Below, one piece after another: positions 46,197 to 58,491 of a DNA stretch of 64,000 nucleotides. Numbering within the stretch: the first letter of the stretch is position 1; the number at the start of each line of letters is the position of its first letter. The DNA lies in contig JBEWZL010000155.1 in assembly GCA_045837725.1 (NCBI GenBank), positions 1-64,000 of the forward strand, given 5' to 3'. The notes beneath the pieces were generated by a model, which did not search any database, was not told where the DNA came from, and saw only the letters and a list, made by a program, of their open reading frames with translations. This DNA comes from Vermamoeba vermiformis. Its lineage: Eukaryota. A program made the position numbers and the translations under genes.

Positions 46197-46299
46197 GCTT
46201 GGAGGTGTTATTCAGGCTGGTAAAACAAAAATATGACCGTTTCATTGTGCACGATCTTGCTCTTTGGAACAACACGTTCCAATAAATATAACGAGTATA

Positions 46300-47668
46300 A
46301 TGGAGCGACCCAGAGATGATAGTGGTGAAGATTTAGGTGAGCCTGCAATGAAGAAACGTCGTATTGAGCACGAGAACGGTAATCTAGTGGATCTGCCAAG
46401 GTATTAACAGAATCTATCCGTTTTTCGTTCAAAAATCAAAATAAATCTAAAAGCTAATAGATAATTATTTTTACGGTATTTTTTAAAGGTTTGAAGGCTC
46501 TGATATTAATTTTAATTTTTCAAGTCAGAATCCGCCATTAGCAGACCTTGAACAACCCGCCAATACAATTAACACAACACCCAATAATACAAACAACAAT
46601 GAAGAGGCGAAAAATATTGAAAATGTTGACAACGAAGAAAAACCCAGTTCTGGATCGGACAAATCTACCCTTCCAAAAGTACTAAATGTCTATAAGCCGA
46701 TATCTAAGACCCCTCTCGAAGTTATTCAAGCATTACAGCAACAATTTCCTGAATATTCTCAAATAGATCCTGAAACTGGTAGACAACTTAAAATCGGTAA
46801 GAGTTCAAGCTAACGCAATACTCGACATTTTCTGGACTCATTTCTAACATTTTATACACTATATTATATGAAATATAGCTAATGAGTAATTACAGGTTAT
46901 GCTGGACGTTTGGATCCGATGGCTCACGGAGTGCTTATTTTGTTGATGGGCGAAGAGAACAAAGACCGCAAAAACTACGAAAATCTTAAGAAAGAATATC
47001 GCTTCGAGGTCATGTTTGGATTAACTACGGACACATATGATGTACTAGGCATGATCGACAGCACAGAGGTCAAAGTGGATGTACCTATCGAGGATCTTCA
47101 AAACAAGATAAACGAGCTTATAACGAAGGAATTTATTGGTCAACATGACCAACCATACCCGCCCTATAGTTCAGCACGAGTCAAGGGCAAGCCACTGTTT
47201 CAATGGGCACGTGATGGAAAATTGAACGAGATCGAGATCCCGGTCAAGCGGATTACGATTGAAGACATGAAAATATTCAATATATACGAGATAAGCATCG
47301 AAGATATGGAGAATAGGATTATTGAGCGGATTAATGGCGTTAAGGGCGATTTCAGACAAAAAGAAATTATCGAAAAATGGCGCCAAGTCTTCGGATCCGT
47401 TGGCTCCAAGGACTTCAAGCTACAAATAGTCACAATAGACGTGCAAGTTACTACAGGCACGTACGTCAGATCAATCGCCCACGAGTTGGGCAAGAAGATG
47501 GGACGAGGAGCTATCGTGGTGGATCTCTTGCGGACACGTGCAGGTGAATTCAAGCTTGAAGACTCACTTCGCTTAGAAGAGGGCACTGGTAATGCAGTAG
47601 CGCCTAGCAGTAGCGTTGTTGAAACTAAGGAGAACAATACTAATGTGTCCAAGGCACCCGAACCATAG
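46300..47668 (+). CDS. TruB-family tRNA pseudouridine synthase with NLS-like N-terminus (3 exons)
   Basis: VLNVYKPISKTP, KIGYAGRLDPMAHGVL (catalytic Asp, spliced across intron 46797..46895), FGLTTDTYD, QPYPPYSSARVKGKPL, GTYVRSIA and LLRTRAG. N-terminal PAMKKRR. Confidence 0.9.
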
Positions 47669-48004
47669 ATCTATCTGTCGCTTTTAAGCCCAAAATGAGG
47701 CATGCCAATAGCACCATTATTTGAAACGCTTTAGCCAATTGATGAAAAAAGCAAAGCTATTCAAGGCAGAGGAGCTTTGTACTCACAAAGGCATTGGCCG
47801 ACAAACTTCATGAAACAGACAGCAGGAGTTTTCACACCCACTTCAAGGTCTAATGAATCAATTGTACCAATAAATTCTTGACCAATTTGCACCTATTTTA
47901 CGCAATTACATTTTATTTCTATGCAGAAAATTCGTCTAGATTCAAATCGCTGAAATGCTGAGCGGATCTACGCGTCGAAGAAGCACTGTTAAATGATGCC
48001 AGTT

Positions 48005-49526
48005 TTAAGCATCATCTGAATCTGGGCAACCGTGTTCGACAGCGTAAGCATAGCAATCTAATTGACTCCATTTCCTTGCTTCTATGCACGTCGATTCGTT
48101 CCAAGTACCTTAGAATGACATCTGTCAGTAAGTCATAACGATATTGAAGTGTACGTACATCCGTGTTCGTGTGCGTAGATTAAACAATCTAATCGTCCAA
48201 ATTTAGCTGCTGTTGCACAAACATCCGATTCCCATGGTGCGCCATTCTCATGTGCATAGGCTAAGCATTCCACATTGCCTCCCATTGCAGCCTGTTGACA
48301 CACTCCAAAACCCCATTCGGCTCCATTCTCGTGCGCATACTTTAGACATTCCAAGTTGCCACTAGAAGCTGCCTTGCGGCACACTTGTGGCCTCCATGCC
48401 ACGCCTTTTTCATGAATATATTTTAAGCACTTAAGGTTGTCCGTTGCAGCTTCAATGGCATCATACTGAAGTTCGCATCCTTGTATATAGATTAATAAGG
48501 TAACAGCACAAAGGTTACGCACCATTTTCGACCAAGTACTCCAAGCAGTCAAAGTGTCTATTGGCCGCAGCTGATGTTGCAAATTCTCCTTTGAATTCAC
48601 CTGGCGAATCTTAGCTTAATGTTTCCGATAACAATGGACTTACCTCCTTGTTTGTGAGCGTACTTAATGGCATTCAAGTTTCCGCGGCGCGCCGACCAGT
48701 GAATAACATCGTCTACTTTCCAAGGACACCCGTGTTCGCGTGCATAAACAAGGCATTCGTATTGCCCTTTGCGAGCAGCTACTTCGCAAGTTATCTCGTC
48801 CCACTCACTGCCATGCTCGCGTGCGTAGATCAAACAAGATAAATGGCCACGGGCAGCTGCTTCGTCGCACGTGGCTAAATGCCAGGGAGCCCCAGTCTCA
48901 TGGAGATACTTGAGAGTTTCTAGGTGGCCATGTTTGGCTGCAGTCTTGCATGCACCATGCTCCCATTTAACTTTGAATATTTAGTCCACGTGACATGAAT
49001 GGCTGGAACACATACCGCCCACGCTGTGCATGTATTTCAGGGCTTCCATTTGTCCAATGCATGCCGCTGCCTCCACACATCGGGCAGTAAACGTTCCACC
49101 TTGCTCGTGGTAATACTTGAGGAGTTGGAAGTTGGCACGAAACATGGCGTTGAACGCAACTTGCTCGATAAGGGGGTATCCTATTTGATGCAGGTACTTG
49201 ACACAGTTGACCCCCTCCTCTCGCGAAACACGATCAATGAAGATCTCGGGGCTTAACAGCTTCACATCCAGTCCAAAGGTATGGCTCACTAAGCGAGCGT
49301 GTTGGCACCAAAGTCTGTGGAGTCTTTTAGAGACCCATGAAATAAATACTGCGGTGTGTGCAACAGTATAATCAAGTGAGCCATCGTCTCTTTCGAAGAG
49401 CAGACTAATAATGACGGACCAAATGTCATCTGGCAGCTCGATGGTCGGGGTTATTCCGTCTTCCAGGCGAATCCTTTTCAAGCGTCGCTCTTTGTCTTTT
49501 GAGTTGTCACTTCTTCGCCGCTTCAT
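48005..49526 (-). CDS. F-box plus ankyrin-repeat protein (GxPW...CxxAAxxGxLxCLxYAHEHG repeat type)
   Basis: ELPDDIWSVIISLL (F-box-like), basic NLS MKRRR...RRLKR, and roughly ten repeats such as VCRKAASSGNLECLKYAHENGAEW. Confidence 0.85.
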
Positions 49527-49970
49527 ATAACAGCACTCGTTGTTTCTAAGTTAATTAGCTCAGATCTATAATTTTTAATAATTAATGTTTTTTAATTAAA
49601 AATGTAATTCGTATTACAAAGTAATAACGAATCTCCAATTTTATAATGCCCTTATCGCCATATTATAACATTTTTTTTAGGCCCTTACTTTGTTGTCGCG
49701 TTTTTGTTGAGTTGTGTTTGTGCGTTGAGAAAAAATAGGCATTCAGTCATTTAATTTGCGAAGTTTCATTTATGGACTGATCCAGAAAAATAGGCAGGAC
49801 AATGCAGCGGGCCTAACTCTCATCTCATCTAACTTGATCTGCAAGGCGGTTTCGTTCTCGCTACGAATCAAACTAAGCCAGCTAGGACCCTGCAATTTTG
49901 CAGCACATGGTGCACATACTACCAAGTATCGAGAAGACAAGTCATGTTCCAATTTATTTTTTTTGTAACG

Positions 49971-52386
49971 ATGAGCACAACGCCTGTATCATTATTATTT
50001 ATTCTCCTCGTGTGCTCGTGTTCTGCTAGTCCTATTCTATGGGCAGGTGGCGTCACGTCCACGTCAGCGGAGTTCAGAGTGGAATCTGATGGGGATCGAA
50101 ACTTCCTTCTCGCGTCAGAACCAGACTTCTGCGAGAATTCGATTGTATATTCGACACCTATTACTAGTGGATTGAATGCAATATCAGTACAATCATTAAA
50201 ACCCCACCAACGATATTATTATGCAGTAGATTCGGATCTGTATTATTTTGGCGAGTTCCAAACATTTCCTCCTGAAGGCCAACATTTTTCTTTTAATTTT
50301 ACCTTCGGCTCCTGCGCATTTACAGGTAAATAGATAATTATTGACAATTTTAAAAATATTATTGAATACAATTTATTTTCAAAAACACTGCTTGGGTACC
50401 AAAATCAATATTAATGTCTATTTATAGGCGCCGAGAGTCTTGCCTTCGAAGAAATGAATCAGCGCCATCCATTGCTGTTCTTGCATTTAGGAGATCTCAA
50501 TTATGGAAACGTCGCCTGTAACTGCCACCAATGCTACTTGAATGCTATTAAAAAGGTACTACATATATATACTAACATTTAAGCTATAATATGATAGTTA
50601 CGGCCTCTAATTCGATTGAATTGTACCAGACTTGGAATTCTACGTTACAATCATCCATGTTCCGCAGTACTGCAATGGCTTATATGTACGACGACCACGA
50701 CTTTGGACCAGACGATTCTGACGCTAATCATCCTGGCAAAGAGGCTGCGAAGCTGATCTACCACCAAGCATTCCCGCATTATCCGCTACATTTTGAAAAG
50801 CCAAGCGACGGTCCTTTATTCCAAGTAACCATTATATTGAATATTAGTACCGATAGCAATATAATTTACCTATACGACGTTATTTTAGGCATTTACCGTT
50901 GGTCGAGTTCGCTTTATTTTGACTGATCTGCGATCTGAATCCACCGAAACTCAAGTCTTAGGCGACGTTCAAAAGGCTGTGAGTAATCATACTAAATTTT
51001 CCTATGAATATTCATGATGCTAATTCATTTGTAGTGGCTATTTGAAGAGTTTGGCAAAGCGAAAGATTATGCGATTGTTGTCTGGGGCAGTACAAAGCCT
51101 TGGATCGGAGATTATGTGAAAGACGATGCTTGGTACAGTTATATTGAAGAGCGACGAGAAATAGCGAACAAGATTGCTGAATTACAAATCGATAATTTGG
51201 TGCTGTTACACGGCGATACGCATTACTTGGCAGCTGGTACGAATATCGATTATTAATTTCTGCGAAATAATGCTAATAATTACTATGTATTTTAGACGAT
51301 GGAACCAATTCAGATTACGCTGATAACGGTGGTGCTGGTTTTCCTGTATTTTGTGCAGCTCCGTTCTATCATATTGGAACGTACAAAGGTGAGTCAATTT
51401 ACTTCTTAAATATAAAATTTCATCATAATTAACTGATAATGTTGCTAGCTGGTCCGTACTCTGAAGGATGCTGGTCGAATCCGCTCGGTCAAAAAGAAAA
51501 AGTTTTGCAACACTACGGAGTCGTGAATATAGTCGATGAAGTTGACGGTGAAACGTGCATTCATTATCGGGGTTTTGAAGTTGGCAATGCTGAGCCAATT
51601 GTTCAAGTGCACAAGTGCCGCCCTTGGGTCGTGAAAGGTTCGCGTACTGAAGAAGTGTCTTCTTGCGTCACGAAACGATTTGAAGACGAAGAATTATGTA
51701 AGTTAATGTTTATTACGCAATATTCATTAAGATATTCTGATTATATGTCTACTCGAGTTCTAATTTTTGGATGTGGATCCGGATCTCGTACAAATTTTAC
51801 ATTACTTAGCCAGCTGACGGAATATTTGGTATTGTTATATATTGTTGCTAATATGGTACTTAATTTAGATTGTGCGAGATGCAAGGAAAAATGTGGCCAA
51901 TGTTACGACACTGAAGGATGCTGCAAAAGCGGAAAAATGTCGCGCGAAGAATGTCCGCAATGCTTGGCTTGCAGCTTGCAAGAAGTTTCAGACGAAGATT
52001 TTGTGTTTAATTACAGGTGCAAACTTTCGTGCAAAAATTCGTGCTTGAGAGTTATGGACAACCAAACAATCGATGAAAATAGTTGCGTGCCTGATGAACC
52101 TCCAGCGGAAATTTCGCAAATTGTCGGCGAGGCTTATACTAATTTTGGCCCACATGATACGACTGACGAGATGAAAATGATGGCTGCTGCTAAAGCAAAC
52201 GAAAAGAAAGAAAAAAAAGATAAAGAAAAGAAAGATAAGGACGAAAAAGATAAAAAAGATAAAGAGAAGAAAAATAACGATGATGAAAAAAAAGATAAAA
52301 AAGGAAAAAAAGAGAAAAAAGATGAAGACGATGAGAAAGAAGATAAAAAGCAAAAAAAGGATAAGAAGTCTAGTAAGAAAGAATAA
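49971..52386 (+). CDS. Secreted PhoD-like alkaline phosphatase with Cys-rich and Lys/Asp/Glu-rich C-terminal extension
   Basis: Signal peptide, FTFGSCA, LFLHLGDLNYG, YMYDDHDFG, FILTDLRS and LLHGDTH (PhoD metallophosphoesterase motifs). Confidence 0.88.
52200..52383 (+). repeat. Low-complexity A/G-rich coding repeat (KKDKE...)
   Basis: AAAGAT/AAAGAA units encoding the K/D/E tail of the PhoD protein. Confidence 0.85.
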
Positions 52387-52441
52387 CAAAACTTGTACGA
52401 CCACTAATCTAATACAATAATTTATATTAAATCCAACCGTA

Positions 52442-53422
52442 TTATTGTTTATTATTTACAGTTTTATTCGCCGCTCGGATCATGCGTCTAAAATTGTTCG
52501 GGAACGCTAAAAACGTTCAAATTAGCGTTTGTACCGTTTTTTTGTGTATAATAAGGAGTACTTACAATATAATCTCCATAACAAATAACCACTAATTATT
52601 AACATGTAACCATAAGCCAAAATATTATTGCTTTTAATGATGACTTTGAAGATCTCGAACCAAACCAAGACTATCGACAAAATTTATCATTAGAATATTA
52701 TGCCCTATATAATATATAATATTTCTTACATTCTGCGATCAGACTAACAGGATATAAGAACAATTCCGCAAAGTATCTCAATTCAGCCAATATTAACGGC
52801 GCTATTTTCCAAGTATTCAATGCGTAATATGGAAATCTGATTAAATCTAGTGTGCACCAAATAAGTAGCATGATGCCCGCATATGTATTTTGAGCCTGAT
52901 CCACAAATTAATTACCGGTATTTGTCCAACAATTTTTCTTACCTCGTTAAAAATATACAGAGCCGCGAATAAATTTAACCTCCTTAATACTTTGCAATGA
53001 ATAAGGAGTAATACTGAAATATCCGCCATTGGCGTAACGATTCCAAGCAAAACGTGGATGGCGTCACCGAAGACAAGAAGCAGGAAAAATCCTAGAATAT
53101 CGCAAAGTAATTATTAATATTTAATTAATAATTATTGGCATACCTATCGTTGTAATATTATCACGCCAAGCGTGTGAAAGTATTTTGACACCTTCTGTTA
53201 ACGATCCAGCAATGATGTATGTTAATAAATAGCCCCTATATTTTCGAATAAGTATCATTAATTATTAATGTAATCTATTTACCATCCTGCTGCGTTTAAA
53301 ATATTATACAAAAATAAATAAGTTTTGATCAATGGAGATCGTGCTTGTTTTGGCCTGACCGAGCGTTCTGTTTTAGGCACAAGCACGGATTGTGGTGAAT
53401 TGATATCTGTTAAGCAGCTCAT
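52442..53422 (-). CDS. HACD: Very-long-chain 3-hydroxyacyl-CoA dehydratase (PTPLA/PHS1/HACD family)
   Basis: YLFLYNILNAAGW and IWCTLDLIRFPYY...LRYFAELFLYPVSLIAE (LYP...E catalytic region). Start uncertain (53422 or 53554). Confidence 0.8.
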
Positions 53423-53583
53423 GAGCTGAGTATGTTCAACAGATGATATGAAATCGTAATAATGACAAGACCTAAAAAAATCTTCAGGTCTTGCTGCTGC
53501 ACGAGGATTTTTTTTTTCAAATTTTTCTTCGCCCACGATCAACGCAACACTCATAGTCTGCAAAAGGCGCCTAAAATTGTGCG

Positions 53584-55777
53584 ATGGATACCTTACCTAA
53601 CGAGCTGATCGAGATCATTTTGTCGATGGTTCCAACCGACGACCTCGTAACTAAATTTAGAGCAGTAAATAAGTCATATTTTGCCATATCACAGCGAATG
53701 TAAGTCTCCAACAGCACTTTTTGATTTTTAATTAGTTTATTAAAATTTAAATTAGATTTTCACTATTTAACGAAGAGTATGAGCATATTTGCGATATTGA
53801 TTTTACATGCAGAAATTAAATAATATTTCATTTCAGCAATTTGGAATTCTACTTGATCTAACGACTGATTTTGTTTTAGCGTCTCCGAGATTGGTCCTTC
53901 TTTTAAGCGAGACCATACATACAATGACCATCAAATAATGGTTCTAGCTCGTGATTATCCTTCAATCACTTCACTGAACGTTTCGAAATGGGATCTCAGC
54001 ACAGCTGCTTTGCGCGTCATTTTTACGCAATTTCCGCACTTAAAAACGCTCAAACTAAATCCTATATGTAAGTAATGACATATTTTGATATTTAAGAGAT
54101 TAAATAACTTATTTCACATAATCTGTAAGCTGCAGTAACGACTATTTGGTAGCTAAAAATGGAGCTAATTTTTTTTGTAGATCTGATGCCCGGAAACGAG
54201 CTACGCAAGCATGTTATCCCTTCTGTGACTTCATTAAGCATTAAAGTGGCATCCACGCGCTATTCTCGCTTCAATAGCGGAACTTTTGAAGTTGCATCCA
54301 TCAACACAATTTTTCCGAATCTGGAACACTTGGAAATTCTTGACGAGCCTACTCAAGCCAATGTCGATGATTTATTAAAGGACGTTAAGACCATCAAGAG
54401 TATGACGGTCGAAGGACCTAATATCGAGAAAATTGCGAAGGTGCCACTTTTGAAGACGTTAACTATCGCGAATAATCACCAAAGTAGCATCCAAATAGTG
54501 GATTGTCCTATGCTCGAGACCCTTAATATCAAGTATAGTCAGTTGGCGCAATTTGATTTCTTGAAGAAGATACCGAACGTGCAACATGTGACCCTTCAGC
54601 GAGGTTTTGCAGATCTGTGGAATAGATACGAACATCAAGTCGTGGGGCTTATTAACAACCTGATACAGTACTGTCGTAATATAAGATCACTTTGGATCGA
54701 GCAGTACCAAATCACATCCAAAGATCTAGAACGATTGGTCAACGAACTTCCAAATCTGAAAAAGATAGTGATAACCCCAAGCAAATACGATGAAAACTTG
54801 CCTACCACTGCCGTAATTTTACAAGAAAAGCACAAAAACGTCAAAATCACCGTTACTGCTCGAAATTTCACGGTACGTACTGTAGATCTTGCATCCTTAG
54901 CGGACTTGTGCTAATTGATTTATTTAGACCGGTATCGATATCGACGAATATAATCAGCTTATTAAGGTTGAAAAGACACGTGACCCCTATGTTGAATGTC
55001 AATACTGTCACCTTCAGTATCAATGTGCCCCGGAGGTAGGTAGCGGATCTGACCTCACTTAGGCACTTAAAGGCCATATTTTTCGGTACTAAATAATATT
55101 ATTATAGATTCACGAAGAAGTGTGTTACAAGTGGCCAGCTTGGGACTGTTTGTTCGTGCACGACGGATGTGGTAAGACAGGAATGACCAAGGACGAGTTC
55201 AGAGCGCACATTGACAAGTGCGATTACAACTTCATCAAATGTCCGTTTGAAGAGTGTCCCGAGACTATTCGAAGACACGAACGACACGAGCATTGGAAGG
55301 TAAATTCATGAACAATTTTTTCACGGAACCAAAATATTTCCTTCTGTGATAATCTTTGCAAAAATTTTATTGCTATTTGCGATAATACAATGCTAATACC
55401 ATATTTAGAAACACGAAAAGACGTTTTCGTTCCGTTTGAAAGAGACTCATATGATTTGTCCGAACGTCCAATACGGATGCTTGGACATGTTCGATACACC
55501 TGCAGCCTGCTTAAATCACGTGTCAAAGTGTCAGCACTTGCACCCCCTCTGCATGTCATGCAAAAAGGAGTTCGCATCGATCGATGAGTGCGCGAAACAT
55601 ATGTCCGAATGTAAGGTCACGCAAAAGCGACGAGTCATGCCTGAAGAGTCCATTGCTACTATTTTGGAAAAAGCAGCGAAATTTGCCAAGACCAATGAGG
55701 CACGAGATCAAAATCATTTTCATCTTCGGGGCTATTCACCGGTCTACTTGGGCTCGTCGTACGATGGATACTACTAA
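53584..55777 (+). CDS. F-box / LRR / TRAF-type zinc-finger protein, copy 1
   Basis: MDTLPNELIEIILSMVP...FRAVNK F-box, LRRs (FPNLEHLEI, LPNLKKI), then C/H-rich repeats HIDKCDYNFIKCPFEEC and CPNVQYGC...HVSKC. Confidence 0.8.
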
Positions 55778-55963
55778 AGACACCATATCCAGACTTTTAC
55801 ATTGTAATAATATTTCCCGTAATTTACACGTGCCCTGTAACAAGCCCTGTAACAAGCCCGTTCGTAATTAGGAAAAAATAAAAATAAATACAAAATTTTT
55901 AAACATTTCAATTTCGTTCCGGCACACAAGGCAAGTTATCACGAGTACTGTACTGCTGGTATA

Positions 55964-58264
55964 ATGGATGAATTACCATGGGAGATCGTAGAAATGATTT
56001 TATCGCAGATCCCGAAAGAGGAGCTTGTAACCACATTTCGCGCCGTTAGCAAGCAGTATTTTCAAGTAGCTCAATCGTTGTAAGTAAATATGGAACGATG
56101 GCTCTCCAGCTCAAGTTGTATCGTTTATACTGCAAGATTGATCTCGAAAATCTTTTTGATTTTGTACAAAATTATTACTGCATAATTGAGTACATAATAG
56201 TCGAATATATTAATTTAATTGCACAATATAATTATTAAAAATACTGTAATTGTTCGTTATTAGTCGCGTGAGATCTGATCAAAAAATTCTAACCTAATTT
56301 TTATTCACTAGAGTCACAACGCTGAGCTTTTCGACATTTAAATATGCCCGCAATAATCATGATCGTAATATTATGACATTAGCAAGAGATTTTCCTTTGT
56401 TGGAACATTTGGACATGACCGGATCTTTTCCGTTATCAAATACAGGCCACAAAATTATCTATGGACAAATGACGCAGTTAAAATCGCTCAAAATGACTTC
56501 TATGAGCAAATTAACTTCAAGTTTCTTCTTAAAATGTCGTTTGACAAATCTAGTAAGTAATCATAAACTTTGACGAAACTCGATCTGCCTAAAATTTTAA
56601 ACTTAACGACTCTAATACCCCTAATTATAATATAAATGTGTAGGAAATTTACTATTTAATATTTATTGACGGTAATTCATTTGTGTAGAAAAAGCTGGAC
56701 ATGCATCAAATGGGCAATGAATACGGCGGTTACAAATTACTCTTTGAAGGACGAGAACGACCCGTATTCGTAGCTGCAAATGTATTTCCTAATTTGGAAG
56801 ATTTGAAGATTCACAGAAACGTCACGCAAGGCGATTTGCAGCCAGTTTTAGAGAGTTTGAAACAACTCAGAACATTGCGGATCGAGCTTTGTTCAGCCCC
56901 GATAGTTATAGACAAAAATAGTTCATTAAGGCAGCTAATATTAGAACAATATATGGCGTTTACTATATTTATTGATACACCGACTATCGAAGTGATCGAC
57001 ATCCGATCAAAATTTATGGAGTGGAATCGTTTCAAATGGACTTTCTTGAAAAAATGCCCGAATTTACGCGTATTAAAAGCTGGATCAGTTGAAATCTCTG
57101 AAATTCCAAGCAGTGGATTGGTAGAGCAATTAACAACGTTCAATCCAAAACTGGAAGTACTTCATTTGCACGGACTTATCAAAGAGCCTGAAGAATTAGA
57201 GCAATTAGTATTATGCTTGACGGAACTAAAAGAATTGAACATTTGGCACAGATCTCAACTGAAGAACTCGCGGATGCAAAACGCTATCGAATCCATCAAG
57301 AAAAACTTTCCGAGATTAAAACTGAACTATGCTTGGGCTAAGATAATAGTACGTATTATGTTAATATTAAAGCAAAATTTTTACGTTTTTCATTCGATGA
57401 CACGTGTCATCGCAAACGGGTGGATCTGCACCACTACAGCTCGATACAGCTAACTCTAATTATGATTTATTTAGGTCGATGATGTTATAGATGTCCCTGA
57501 GAAAGATGATACAGTGACTAAATGTCTATTTTGTGCTCAGACTATGACTATAAGTGACTTAAAGGTGCGTGCTCAAACGAACAGATCCAAAAAAACTTTC
57601 TTCAAATTCTAATAATTTTCTTATTATAGGACCACGAAGAAGTATGTCTTAAATGGCCAGGCCATTATTGTCCTTTAAGACCACAAGGCTGCACTGCAGA
57701 AAAAATGACGAAAAATGAAATTCTGATCCACATCCACACGTGCCCGCATTGGATTTATAAATGTGCTGTATGCGGTGAATCAATAAGGCGTCCGGAAAGG
57801 TTAGAGCACGAGAAAGTAAGTAACCGTTTTATCTGTTTGACGAGAAATTTTTGTTGCTGAATCCGATCAGAAATTTTTATCCGGTTTGCAATTACTTATC
57901 AATTTCATTTATGGTTCTCGTGATTTTATGACGTTCAAATATGACAATTTTAGTCTAATCTATGCTTTTTCAGCTACACGAAAAAACTTACAGTTTTGCT
58001 CTTCGATCTGTGTACCATTATTGTCCCTTGGTTATCGACGAATGTCCGGCTCTATTTGATTATAGTGGAGACTACTTTCATCATCTTAGTAACTGTAATC
58101 ATTATAGTTGCTTCTGTCCTAGTTGCAGAAAAGAATTCTCTTCGAGATCCGATGCGGAAAAACACTTGTTTAGCGACGAATGCAAGGGTCCTAGAAGATT
58201 AGAAGAGACTAAGTTCTTATTTAATACATTAGTTCAGCATGCATCAGAGTTAATCTTTTCATGA
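55964..58264 (+). CDS. F-box / LRR / TRAF-type zinc-finger protein, copy 2 (tandem paralogue)
   Basis: MDELPWEIVEMILSQIP...FRAVSK, LRRs, HEEVCLKWP...HIHTCPHWIYKC...HEKTYSFAL. Motifs and intron layout match copy 1. Confidence 0.8.
57395..57412. repeat. Perfect 18-bp palindrome CGATGACACGTGTCATCG in an intron
   Basis: Read directly; same TGACACGTGTCA core as 1409..1420 and 16660..16671. Confidence 0.75.
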
Positions 58265-58491
58265 TCGCGATCTTGTGTACAAATCTGTCAAATCTTTTTG
58301 AAATAAATGGCAAGATCGCCGCTAATTAGCGCACTAGGAGTGAACATAGCGTTGTGGAGCTTATAATATCGTTAATTATTGCACTAATTAGGGAATTTAA
58401 GCCGGGGGATTTCGAAAAAACTTTTGTGTCCTTTGACGTTTTGCGAAAAGATTAATAAATTGTCATTCCTCACCAAAACAAAGCACCACAC

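Noticed and set aside
51988-52404. Phe-rich minus-strand ORF and other antisense ORFs (e.g. 9349..9687, 47200..47652, 59397..59741)
   Set aside because: Shadow frames of real genes or of low-complexity sequence.
55833-55859. Short tandem duplication CCCTGTAACAAG x2
   Set aside because: Two adjacent copies without spacers; simple slippage, not a CRISPR or array.
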